From Pseudomonadales bacterium (GTDB taxonomy: Bacteria > Pseudomonadota > Gammaproteobacteria > Pseudomonadales > UBA7434): 64,000 nt of DNA. The DNA lies in NCBI GenBank assembly GCA_965263235.1, contig OZ253667.1, forward strand, positions 1,026,189 to 1,090,188, given 5' to 3'. Below the pieces are notes generated by a model that worked only from the letters and a program-made list of their open reading frames with translations, had not been told where the DNA came from and ran no database searches. Numbering within the stretch: the first letter of the stretch is position 1; each line of letters begins with the position of its first letter. The position numbers and the translations under genes were made by a program. Below, one piece after another: positions 42,546 through 51,290 of this stretch.

Positions 42546-43952
42546 CAAAATAATGGATTGACCATCAATGTCTGAACAAGAAATTGAATACGAAGAAGAG
42601 GACTGGGCTGACGAGCCAGTTGATCCGCAGCAACTGGAAGAAGCTCAAAATGAACTTAGAGCACGTTGTGATGCGGCGGGAATAACTGTAGAAGAAACGG
42701 AAGGGATGGAAGAAGGCGACACAGCCTTGGAATTGTCATTTCCATGCGGGAGAAACAAAAGAACACACATCCTTTGGGATTACGATGATATTAAGAGAAT
42801 ATTAGCCGTACCTTTTGAAAAATATACATTTATTGATGGATATAGGGCTATTTGCTCTTACTCAGATAACACCATCGAGGCGCAGATAAGGCCGATGGGT
42901 CCTTTTAGTCCTCGCTTGGCCATTCGTCGACTTTTTAGCGATAGATTTGATGAAGATGATTTACGAGCAGAAAACTACAGCATCGATTTGACTCCAGATA
43001 AAGGCGTAGATGGTCCACAAGTCTCTGTTGGCCCTTCAACTCAAGATTTTCGGGCAATAAACCGCGGACCATCTCTCGGTAATCTCAGTTTAAAACTAGT
43101 GAATACTGGTCTATCACATCATGATCAATCTCGCTCTTTGCTGGAAAAAATATCCAATTCATTGTTCTTTCAAATTGAGCTGCTCGCAGGACTCCCGCTC
43201 GGATTGTTCAGGCAAAGACGGCACCCAAGGCCTATTCGCAGAAAAAATCAGAGGGCATCGATAGAAGACCTGCAATACCCAAAAAATGAATACGATGAAG
43301 CGCCAATCTCACTGTATTGGTATGGCATCAGCGCCATGGGAATGCCCCTCCTACAATTTCTCGCTTTTTACCAAGTGATCGAGTTCTATTTCCCGACCTA
43401 TTTTCAAGCTGAAGCACGACGGAAAATTCGAGCAATACTAAAAAACCCAACATTTCGAAACGATAGAGATGCCGACCTAGGCAAGATACTAAGCGCAATA
43501 CAACTCGGCAAGTCAGGCAGTTTAGGTGATGAAAGGTCGCAATTGCGGGCCACAATAGCGGAATGTGTAGATCCTGATTCCTTAAGGTCATTCTTTTCGG
43601 ATACGGAGGAGAGAACAGGTTTCTTTTCATCAAAAACCAAGGGGATAACAGATCACAAGATTCCGCTTGCTAATCCCAATGTCGACCTTAGGAACGATGT
43701 TGCTGATAGGATTTACGACATTAGGTGCAAGATCGTACATACCAAATCTGATAGCAGAAATGGAGAAATCGAGCTTCTTCTACCATTCTCAAAAGAGGCG
43801 GAACAGCTGTATCACGATATAGAACTAGTGCAATATATCGCGCAGCAAGTACTCATATCAGCAAGTGCACCACTGTAAAAAGCTAGCAAGTACATTAAAT
43901 ACGCTCCCTTTGGTCGCCGGACCTCGCTACCGCTCGGCCGTTTATGTAAGCG
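42538..43952 (+). mobile_element. Integron gene cassette (one ORF)
   Basis: It is bounded by G/TTAGCTTT and by an attC ending G/TTAGGTGC. The start and the R'' end are complementary (8 of 9). Confidence 0.75.
42568..43878 (+). CDS. Cassette protein, 436 aa, acidic N-terminus; the C-terminal region carries a HEPN-like Rx4H motif
   Basis: DRIYDIRCKIVHTK (R-x4-H) lies in a predicted helical C-terminal domain. No other motif was recognised. Confidence 0.6.
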   Translation: MSEQEIEYEEEDWADEPVDPQQLEEAQNELRARCDAAGITVEETEGMEEGDTALELSFPCGRNKRTHILWDYDDIKRILAVPFEKYTFIDGYRAICSYSDNTIEAQIRPMGPFSPRLAIRRLFSDRFDEDDLRAENYSIDLTPDKGVDGPQVSVGPSTQDFRAINRGPSLGNLSLKLVNTGLSHHDQSRSLLEKISNSLFFQIELLAGLPLGLFRQRRHPRPIRRKNQRASIEDLQYPKNEYDEAPISLYWYGISAMGMPLLQFLAFYQVIEFYFPTYFQAEARRKIRAILKNPTFRNDRDADLGKILSAIQLGKSGSLGDERSQLRATIAECVDPDSLRSFFSDTEERTGFFSSKTKGITDHKIPLANPNVDLRNDVADRIYDIRCKIVHTKSDSRNGEIELLLPFSKEAEQLYHDIELVQYIAQQVLISASAPL

Positions 43953-43960
43953 TTAGGTGC
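43879..43960 (+). other. attC site
   Basis: R'' AAAGCTAGC-AAG; L'' TACATTAAATACG pairs with L' CCGTTTATGTA; R' GTTAGGTGC. Confidence 0.75.
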
Positions 43961-43979
43961 AACTCACTCGAATCTCATC

Positions 43980-45272
43980 ATGAAAGTTACTATCTACACC
44001 CTGTGGAGGTCATTCGCCATTTTTACGGTACTCCTGTTCATCGTCATGGGGTATTGCGCTGTTCTTGTGGCTAAACCGTTTATCAGTGCAAAAATTAAAA
44101 ACATCTATATATCTAGGAGCTTAAAGGCTTTGGTAACGTTCCTTGGCCCTCCTTACATCAAGATAATTCAGATACTGAGTACAAGGGCAGATATATTCTC
44201 TGATGAATTTATAAGAATATGTGGCCAATTGAGAGTAAATGTACCTGGCCCTTCTTTTTCAAGAATAAAGAGTAGCATACCTAGTTCGCTTGCTGATGCT
44301 ATACGTACTAAGCAAATTAGCATCGAAGAAGAGCCAATTGCTGGAGGGAGTGTTGCGGTAGTCTATAAGGGCATCGATATAGGCACCTCGAATCCTTTAG
44401 CAATCAAAATCATCCGACCAAACGCAAAACTACTTATTACAACTGATATTAAGATTCTAGTTTTTTTCTCTTTCTATTTGAGGCTAATACCGTGGCTCAA
44501 GCCGATTCCCATGCAGTCCGCGTTGAGGTTCGTTGGGAATGCATTGATTGAGCAAACAAATTTAGAGCTAGAGCGCAGAAATCTAAATAGATTTACGGAG
44601 CTTACGACCGAGAACAATAAAATCGTGTTTCCTATTGCTTGGCCAGACTATTCAAATGAAAACACATTGGTAATGGGTTACTTAAGTAACTTTAACGAAG
44701 AGTGGCTATACAATATGACTGCTGAACAAGGTTCAGTCATTTCTGACTCCTTAGTTCATATGCTATTTAATATGGTCTTTGTCGAGGGGTTTATACATTC
44801 AGATTTACACCCAGGTAATATTGGCGTAGATCAACGGGGATTCATAAGAATAGTAGATACAGGTTTGGTTGCACAACTAAACTCAATGGATAGGAAGCAG
44901 TTTGCAAGATTCTTTTTTGGGATGGTAAGCAACAATGGACTAATGAGCGCGAAAGTTTTAAATGAAACAGCAGAAAAATCGCTAAAAATATTTGATAAAC
45001 AAATGTTCGATATAGAAGTTTCGAGTATCATTGCCAAGTATTCTGGCTTGAGTGCTGCGGATTATGATGTTGCCCTTTTCGTGTCAGAAATATTTCAAGT
45101 GCAAAGAAAACATGGGTTAGTGGCTACACCAACATTTCTTACAGTAATTCTTGCTTTTGTGTCTCTTGAGGGAATAATAAAAATAATTTGCCCAGCTTAT
45201 GATTTCCAAGAAAAGGCGAAACAGTATATTTTTAGGTATTCCCAAGCAGTTGGGCTATTTGAAGCAACGTAG
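43980..45272 (+). CDS. ABC1/UbiB (AarF) family atypical protein kinase with an N-terminal TM segment
   Basis: FLGPPYIKIIQILSTRADIFSDEFI..LRVNVP..EEEPIAGGSVAVVYKG..AIKIIRP..FIHSDLHPGNIGV is the classic ABC1 domain pattern. Confidence 0.8.
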   Translation: MKVTIYTLWRSFAIFTVLLFIVMGYCAVLVAKPFISAKIKNIYISRSLKALVTFLGPPYIKIIQILSTRADIFSDEFIRICGQLRVNVPGPSFSRIKSSIPSSLADAIRTKQISIEEEPIAGGSVAVVYKGIDIGTSNPLAIKIIRPNAKLLITTDIKILVFFSFYLRLIPWLKPIPMQSALRFVGNALIEQTNLELERRNLNRFTELTTENNKIVFPIAWPDYSNENTLVMGYLSNFNEEWLYNMTAEQGSVISDSLVHMLFNMVFVEGFIHSDLHPGNIGVDQRGFIRIVDTGLVAQLNSMDRKQFARFFFGMVSNNGLMSAKVLNETAEKSLKIFDKQMFDIEVSSIIAKYSGLSAADYDVALFVSEIFQVQRKHGLVATPTFLTVILAFVSLEGIIKIICPAYDFQEKAKQYIFRYSQAVGLFEAT

Positions 45273-45313
45273 GTTCTTCTCCAGATCCTACCAATATTTC
45301 TCAGGAGTTTAAA

Positions 45314-46105
45314 ATGGCAAAGTTTGAAGACTCGATTTTTTTCAATGAGCTTAATCGGTTTGTGGGTTCTGGAGGAGAACTAGTATTAAAGAAATCACAG
45401 AAAGAAGATGGAGATACCAAAATCGATGTCGGAGATATTCTAATTGGTATCGGTGTGACCCACCTTGTAGAAAGTCTTTCTAGGCCGCCAGGGTTGGATT
45501 CCTTTCGTTCTTTCGACGTAAATTCCTTGGCATATGACAGAAAAATGGCTGCGCGCGCTTTTAGAGTAGTCGCGAAAGAGCAAACTGACGAAGGGTTTGA
45601 TTTTCGATTCGAGCCATTGTCTCCAAACGAATATAGCGAAGCGTTGTCTGAGGTATCCGAGGGCACCGTTAATATTGACCCAAAGACTATACCAGACGGT
45701 ACAGTAATCCTGAGCTTTACATCAGAAAAACCTGAATACACGCTCAAATCAAATGAATCTTCACCGAGAGCTAATTGGGAAGCACTAGCAAAGGGGGAGC
45801 GTCATTGGAATGTAGGAATTGGCTCTGAAGATGATTTTTGGGCAGCGAGTTTCCCGTCAGATGAAATGGAGTTTCTGAAAGAGTTTTCGGCAGCAGCAAA
45901 ATTGGGTCGAATTCGATTTGGCTTATCAATGCTCAAAGGAAGTGTTGGAGCGATAAAACTAGAAAAAGTTGAGACTGAACATCCGACTGGAAGGATTACA
46001 AAACATGATTTTTGCTTAAATGGCAACGCTGCTGGTACGAAGAACTTAGATTCTCCATTTCCTATAGGACTGCGAACCGAAATCACTTTTTTTCCAGTCG
46101 AATAA
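45314..46105 (+). CDS. Hypothetical protein (263 aa), second gene of the two-gene cassette
   Basis: The ORF has an AGGAG Shine-Dalgarno site 8 nt upstream. No recognisable motif was found. Confidence 0.6.
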   Translation: MAKFEDSIFFNELNRFVGSGGELVLKKSQKEDGDTKIDVGDILIGIGVTHLVESLSRPPGLDSFRSFDVNSLAYDRKMAARAFRVVAKEQTDEGFDFRFEPLSPNEYSEALSEVSEGTVNIDPKTIPDGTVILSFTSEKPEYTLKSNESSPRANWEALAKGERHWNVGIGSEDDFWAASFPSDEMEFLKEFSAAAKLGRIRFGLSMLKGSVGAIKLEKVETEHPTGRITKHDFCLNGNAAGTKNLDSPFPIGLRTEITFFPVE

Positions 46106-46108
46106 ATT

Positions 46109-46206
46109 GCACCTAGCAAGGCAAATGCACTCGGACTGCCAAAAGCTGCGCCGCTCGTTCCTCGCTCTGCAGCTTTTGGCAGCCGGTGATTTGCGGCGTT
46201 ATGCAT
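46109..46206 (+). other. attC site
   Basis: R'' GCACCTAGC-AAG; L'' GCAAATGC pairs with L' GATTTGC; the internal inverted repeat is CTGCCAAAAGCTGC/GCAGCTTTTGGCAG; R' GTTATGCAT. Confidence 0.8.
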
Positions 46207-46675
46207 CAGGAAAAATATGAGTATTAGCCCAATTTTGGAGAAAGACTTCTACCACGACGGTAGAGGCCCAGAGCTTCAAAAGGTACAGTGGAAATCGAAT
46301 GGGGTAGTACTTGTTGGTTTTGAGTATTTCAATCCGGACGATGAATACACTCCGGAAAATTTAAAACATTTGGCTCTCGACAGTGTTGAGGCATACAGCA
46401 TGTCCTCGGAGGAAGTACACGGTAATATTCTGGCAGGAGGTGACAATAAGGCAGCTATCTTTGAAGTCAAAAACTCAGAGTGGCTAGCCTCATTTAATCA
46501 ATATCACCTATCAGAGTGTAGGCACTACCAAATCATGTTTTACGATGAAATCTATGATGTAATCTGCAAGAGCATTAAAGCAGGTTCAGGTCGGCTAAAT
46601 GCATAACAAGGCGCTGTTATCGCAGCCTTCGGCTGCTGGGACGCACCACTGCGTGGCGCGCCCTAAAGCTTGGCG
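46199..46675 (+). mobile_element. Integron gene cassette (one ORF)
   Basis: GTTATGCAT (46198-46206; the cassette begins at T46199) is the perfect complement of ATGCATAAC (46599-46607). Confidence 0.8.
46217..46606 (+). CDS. Cassette hypothetical protein (129 aa)
   Basis: The ORF fills the cassette, and its stop codon lies inside R''. Confidence 0.6.
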   Translation: MSISPILEKDFYHDGRGPELQKVQWKSNGVVLVGFEYFNPDDEYTPENLKHLALDSVEAYSMSSEEVHGNILAGGDNKAAIFEVKNSEWLASFNQYHLSECRHYQIMFYDEIYDVICKSIKAGSGRLNA

Positions 46676-46684
46676 TTAATCCGC
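46599..46684 (+). other. attC site (last recognisable one)
   Basis: R'' ATGCATAAC-AAG, a GC-rich imperfect palindrome (GCAGCCTTCGGCTGC) and R' GTTAATCCGC. Confidence 0.65.
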
Positions 46685-46979
46685 TTTTTCTGCTTTTCTT
46701 TTTTTGATTTATTACTTCGCTTTCTGGCCTTAAAATTTTCTCCGTACAGTTATTGACAGAACTCCAGGTGGGCGCTTCCGCCTGGAGGTGCTGTCGCTTG
46801 CGCTCGGCCGATTCCGACGCCATCGGATGATTCGTTGCAAACAACGTCTTTACTTTATCCTTGAGTTTTACCGTCCACTCTATTGGTCGGGATATAACAG
46901 CTTGGGTTTTAAACCAAATCCCTTTAATGGCCTTTATCGCTTCGCCGTATAGATTGCGTTTTTCTCTTTCCAGAAACAT
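46617..46979 (-). CDS. Doubtful ORF / possible gene remnant at the distal end of the cassette array
   Basis: The 120-aa ORF has its last ~20 codons running through the attC at 46599-46684. No motif was recognised. Confidence 0.25.
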   Translation of the reverse strand: MFLEREKRNLYGEAIKAIKGIWFKTQAVISRPIEWTVKLKDKVKTLFATNHPMASESAERKRQHLQAEAPTWSSVNNCTEKILRPESEVINQKKKSRKSGLTPSFRARHAVVRPSSRRLR

Positions 46980-47054
46980 AGGGGTTTCTGGGACAGTTTA
47001 CTGAATTCATTGTGATAGAATTAAACAGCTATACTGTCTTCACAAAATTCAAAT

Positions 47055-47624
47055 ATGAGTCTCCAATTGAGAGCCTACCCTAATACATCATCACAAGTGA
47101 GCAAGCCATTAAAAGAAGGCGTTATCGACGCAACCAGAAAATGGCTTAGCGATTTTGTTATTGAGCATAACCTCTGTCCGTTCGCCAGGCGTGAGTTGGC
47201 TAACGAAACGATTCGTTTTGTGGAAAGTGACGCAAGCGATATTGAAAGGCTGCTTGGCCAGTTGCATCAGGAGTTGATGTTGCTTGAGCAAGATGCGACA
47301 GTCGAAACGACCCTGCTAATTCATCCCAATGTTCTTAGTGACTTCCAGGACTATCTGGACTTTCTTGATATCGCCAATGGCTTATTGATTGAACTTGATT
47401 TGGAAGGCATTTTTCAAGTGGCTAGCTTCCACCCGGACTATCAATTCGCCGATACCAAATTCTCCGATCCAGAGAACCTTACCAACCGTTCGCCTTATCC
47501 CATGTTGCATTTGCTTAGAGAAGCCAGTGTTGAAAAAGCAGTTGCCAGCCACCCCGACCCCGAAAGTATTCCCGAACGGAATATCGCCTTGATGAAGCAG
47601 CTTTTTGTAGAAGGGAAATTGTAG
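47055..47624 (+). CDS. DUF1415 family protein
   Basis: NLCPFARRE..TTLLIHPNVLSDFQDYLDFLD..FQVASFHPDYQFA..NRSPYPMLHLLREASVEKAV is the pattern I remember for DUF1415. Confidence 0.75.
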   Translation: MSLQLRAYPNTSSQVSKPLKEGVIDATRKWLSDFVIEHNLCPFARRELANETIRFVESDASDIERLLGQLHQELMLLEQDATVETTLLIHPNVLSDFQDYLDFLDIANGLLIELDLEGIFQVASFHPDYQFADTKFSDPENLTNRSPYPMLHLLREASVEKAVASHPDPESIPERNIALMKQLFVEGKL

Positions 47625-47942
47625 AAGGAGTTCCGGCGATCAGTTCGGTTTGAAGGGATAGAAGTTTCTTGCCAACGCTTTCATCAGCTCAGGGAAAGAG
47701 CCCCATTATCTGGGGAAATATTTTTAAGTAATTGATTTGCTCTGGCCGCTTATCTTAAGATTCTTCGACGCGTATGATTATTGTCTTGAAGGCATTTGAT
47801 AAGTATAAGAGTATCGCAGGGCAAGGACATGAATTTAAAGGAGGTTTATTTGTATTATCGTTTTTATCAGCGAACTCTACATAAGGGGCCATTTGGCCTT
47901 TTAATTAACTATTAGATTTCAGTCAAATTTAGAGTAATCATT

Positions 47943-48878
47943 ATGAATAAGGTAGCAATTGTTCAAGAAGCTCCGATAGTACTAGATAAAGAAAAGACTA
48001 TTGTGCAGGCTGTGGGGTTGGTGGAAAAGGCCGCTGACAATGGTGCTCAACTTATAGTATTTCCCGAAGCCTTTATATCAGGATATCCCGCTTGGATATG
48101 GCGCCTTCGTCCTGGTGGTGATTGGGGTGCAAATGAAGAGCTCCATGCAAAGTTGCTTGAAAATTCAATAGATCTAGAAGTTAACGAACTTGCGCCATTA
48201 TGCAAAATTGCAAAAACTAGAAAGATCACAATCGTTTGCGGCATCAATGAAAGAGATGGGAAGTTAAGTAGGGCAACTATATATAATTCGGTGGTAGTTA
48301 TAGGTGACGACGGGACAATTATAAACCGCCACAGAAAGCTAATGCCGACCAACCCTGAAAGAATGGTTTGGGGTTTCGGTGATGGTTCTGGCTTAAAAGT
48401 AGTAGACACGCCGGTCGGTAGAATCGGTTCTCTAATTTGCTGGGAAAATTATATGCCCCTGGCAAGATATTCTCTTTATTCGCAAGGTGTCGAGATTTAC
48501 ATTGCACCAACATATGATAGTGGTGATGGTTGGATAGGCACTATGCAGCATATTGCAAGGGAAGGCCGATGTTGGGTGGTCTGTGCCGGGGTGCCTCTAA
48601 CGCGCGATGATATTCCAGCTGATTTTCCAAATAAAGAGCTTCTGTATCCTGATTCAGAAGATTGGATTAATGCAGGTGATTCAGTCGTGGTCGCACCTGG
48701 TGGTGAGATAGTTGCTGGCCCAATGAGAAAAGAAAAGGGCTTGCTATTTGCTGAAATAGATTCTAGTCGTGTCGCTGAGTCAAAAAGGGCTCTAGATGTA
48801 GCTGGGCATTATTCAAGGCCTGACGTGTTTACATTAAACGTAAATACAGAGAAGCAAAGTCCAGTGAAATTTAAGTAG
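47943..48878 (+). CDS. Nitrilase / carbon-nitrogen hydrolase family
   Basis: The E-K-C triad contexts are VFPEAFISGYP, HRKLMPT and LICWENYMP. Confidence 0.85.
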   Translation: MNKVAIVQEAPIVLDKEKTIVQAVGLVEKAADNGAQLIVFPEAFISGYPAWIWRLRPGGDWGANEELHAKLLENSIDLEVNELAPLCKIAKTRKITIVCGINERDGKLSRATIYNSVVVIGDDGTIINRHRKLMPTNPERMVWGFGDGSGLKVVDTPVGRIGSLICWENYMPLARYSLYSQGVEIYIAPTYDSGDGWIGTMQHIAREGRCWVVCAGVPLTRDDIPADFPNKELLYPDSEDWINAGDSVVVAPGGEIVAGPMRKEKGLLFAEIDSSRVAESKRALDVAGHYSRPDVFTLNVNTEKQSPVKFK

Positions 48879-49145
48879 AAGGTAATGAAATCTAACAACT
48901 ACATTCAGCCGGCCACTGTAGCGGTGTGATGCTTATGGGAATTCTGGGAAGTCCATTGTGCTTCAACATTGTGTCTAAACAGAACCCTTTCTAAACCTCG
49001 CAGGCGAAGCTTATAATCCGTCAAAGAGCTCGGGTTAGCTCTTTAACTGAAATTCGGACTTCCTGAGTCAGTTTGCTCAACTCATTACGCCCGACCGCTT
49101 TTTACCCTGACCTTATATTTTAGTATTAACATTGCAAAGTAAATT

Positions 49146-49388
49146 ATGATTACGATTGAAAAAGATTTAAACGCAGAAGAGATTTTTATTCACGCCGCGC
49201 CAGAGGGCCTCAGAGAGTTTGCCAGAACGCTTTGGGAAATTGCAGATAAAAGTGAAACCAAGGGCAAGCATAAAAAGCAGCTAACGACTACAGGTGACAC
49301 TGGCTCTGATTTATTTGCCCAGCTCCAGGGCGAGCCTGGTAAACATAGTGTTATCAAAAAGCTCACAATTTCTAGTCGCGTTGATTAG
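49146..49388 (+). CDS. Small hypothetical protein
   Basis: An 80-aa ORF with no motif. Confidence 0.4.
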   Translation: MITIEKDLNAEEIFIHAAPEGLREFARTLWEIADKSETKGKHKKQLTTTGDTGSDLFAQLQGEPGKHSVIKKLTISSRVD

Positions 49389-49447
49389 TAAACCTATAAG
49401 CTTGCTTTCTACTGGTTTTAAATAGAGAGAAACTACAGGGGTGCTTC

Positions 49448-49963
49448 ATGAAAGACTTGAAAAAAATAGATTTAACTTATTTGGACGCTGCATCGAGTTG
49501 CATGCAAATGACCGTCAATATTAAAGCGCCACTTGAGTTTGCTTTTAGGATCTTTGAGGATGCTGATGCATGGGTGCATTGCTTTCAAGCCATCACGCGT
49601 GTTGACTGGACCAGCGAGCCGCCTTACAAAAAAGGCACTACAAGGACGATTGACCTTAAATTGCCTGGCCAGCCGTTGCTAACAATCGACGAAGAATTTG
49701 TCGAGTGGGAACAAAACAAACGTTTTGCGTTTTATTTCCAGCGTTCAAGTAGGCGAGTCTTTAACGCGATGATTGAGGACTATAAATTTACCGAGGGCGC
49801 TAACGGGTCGACTGATATTGTGTGGGACCTGGCCTATGAAGGGGCAGGTATATACAGGTTTATTTTTAAGCTTATTGCGGGACAGGCAAAAAAAGATAAT
49901 CAGAAGGCGCTGAATAACTTTCGAGACTACATCGAAGAGCAGTACAAAAAGAGTTTGGTTTAG
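49448..49963 (+). CDS. SRPBCC (START/polyketide-cyclase-like) family protein
   Basis: The size and the pattern (..FRIFEDADAWVHCFQAI..W..) were judged by eye only. Confidence 0.55.
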   Translation: MKDLKKIDLTYLDAASSCMQMTVNIKAPLEFAFRIFEDADAWVHCFQAITRVDWTSEPPYKKGTTRTIDLKLPGQPLLTIDEEFVEWEQNKRFAFYFQRSSRRVFNAMIEDYKFTEGANGSTDIVWDLAYEGAGIYRFIFKLIAGQAKKDNQKALNNFRDYIEEQYKKSLV

Positions 49964-49989
49964 CGTTTATTTTTCTCGAGACCGATGCT

Positions 49990-51198
49990 TTACGTGGATT
50001 GCACGGCCCGTAATATCTGCATGCCTTCGTCGTGAGTGATATAGCGTGGCACGCCCATAATATCCATCGCTTCAGTTTGGGCGTTGTTATAAATCGCTTC
50101 GTGATCTTTTTCTAACAGTTCAGGTAATTGGCGAGGAATATCGACAGCCGCGATTAATTCACGACATGCATCAATAAACTTATCAGCCAGTGCAGAATTA
50201 GTTTCACTCTTTTCGCCAACGCCGATAAGTATGGCTAGCTCGGCCAACTGGTCGCTAATTTCCGCTTTCATCATCTCTAGCACAGGTACAAGCATCACAG
50301 CGTTGGCGAGTCCGTGGGGCACGTGATAAAACGACCCAAGATTATGTGCAAACGCATGAACATAGCCGGTGCCAACGCCATTGATAGACAGCCCACCCAT
50401 AAACGCCGCATAAGACATGCCTTCACGAGCTTCAATGTTATTGCCATCGTCATAAGCTGCTTTTAAATATTTAAAAACGCCGCGGATAGTAATTCTCGCT
50501 CGCTCGTAGGTTTCTACTGTGGCTAGCGTAGAAAGGAATGCTTCGATGCCGTGTACCAGCGTATCTATACCCGTCGCCGCTGTAACACTTTTGGGAAGGC
50601 CAAGCGTAAGTAGTGGGTCAAGTGCGGCCATCTTTGGTGCTACCTTTACGTCAGCAATCGTATATTTAATACCGCGTTGTGGATCGCTCACGATGGCAGC
50701 CATGGTGCCTTCCGACCCGGTCCCAGCGGTTGTAGGAATGGCAAAAAGCGGTAGTGGCGTTTTGCGAATTTTGAAAAGGCCCTCCATTTCGGGAACAGAA
50801 ATACTGTTGGTGACTCCCGCAGCGATCACTTTGGCGGTATCAATAGGAGACCCGCCACCGATAGCCAGTACACCATTAATACCCTCCGAACGTGCGAGTG
50901 CAATACCTTCTTCCATCTGGTCAATACTCGGGTCAGGAGAAACGTTGTCATAAATAACTACATCCATGCCGAGCTTGTTTAATGTATCGAGAACGGCTTC
51001 GTGTAAGCCAAGCGAAATAAGGACTTTATCGGTAACTAACAGAAGTTTTGTGACGCCATAGTCAGGGATATTCTTACACATTTGCAGCGAAGCATTTTCA
51101 CCAATAAACGTTGAAGGCTTTTCTGGCTTCGACAGGCCGGCCACAAATTTGATGGCTTTCATTTTTGTTTTATGAATTGCTTGCGCTGCTGTTAGCAT
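49990..51198 (-). CDS. Iron-containing alcohol dehydrogenase
   Basis: It has the GGGSPIDTAK motif and His-rich metal ligands (HAFAHNLG..HVPHG). Confidence 0.85.
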   Translation of the reverse strand: MLTAAQAIHKTKMKAIKFVAGLSKPEKPSTFIGENASLQMCKNIPDYGVTKLLLVTDKVLISLGLHEAVLDTLNKLGMDVVIYDNVSPDPSIDQMEEGIALARSEGINGVLAIGGGSPIDTAKVIAAGVTNSISVPEMEGLFKIRKTPLPLFAIPTTAGTGSEGTMAAIVSDPQRGIKYTIADVKVAPKMAALDPLLTLGLPKSVTAATGIDTLVHGIEAFLSTLATVETYERARITIRGVFKYLKAAYDDGNNIEAREGMSYAAFMGGLSINGVGTGYVHAFAHNLGSFYHVPHGLANAVMLVPVLEMMKAEISDQLAELAILIGVGEKSETNSALADKFIDACRELIAAVDIPRQLPELLEKDHEAIYNNAQTEAMDIMGVPRYITHDEGMQILRAVQST

Positions 51199-51290
51199 CT
51201 TATTTCTCGCTTATATTTGTTTTGAGTAGGGCATGATAGTTGCGCTGATTTCTGGGCAGCGAACTGCCCAGAAATGAATAGTAGCAGAAC

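Larger units (their letters stand above)
43953..46198 (+). mobile_element. Integron gene cassette carrying two ORFs
   Basis: The start TTAGGTGC is complementary to GCACCTAGC (46109-17) at its own attC. No attC-like sequence lies in the 41-nt gap between the two ORFs. Confidence 0.75.
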
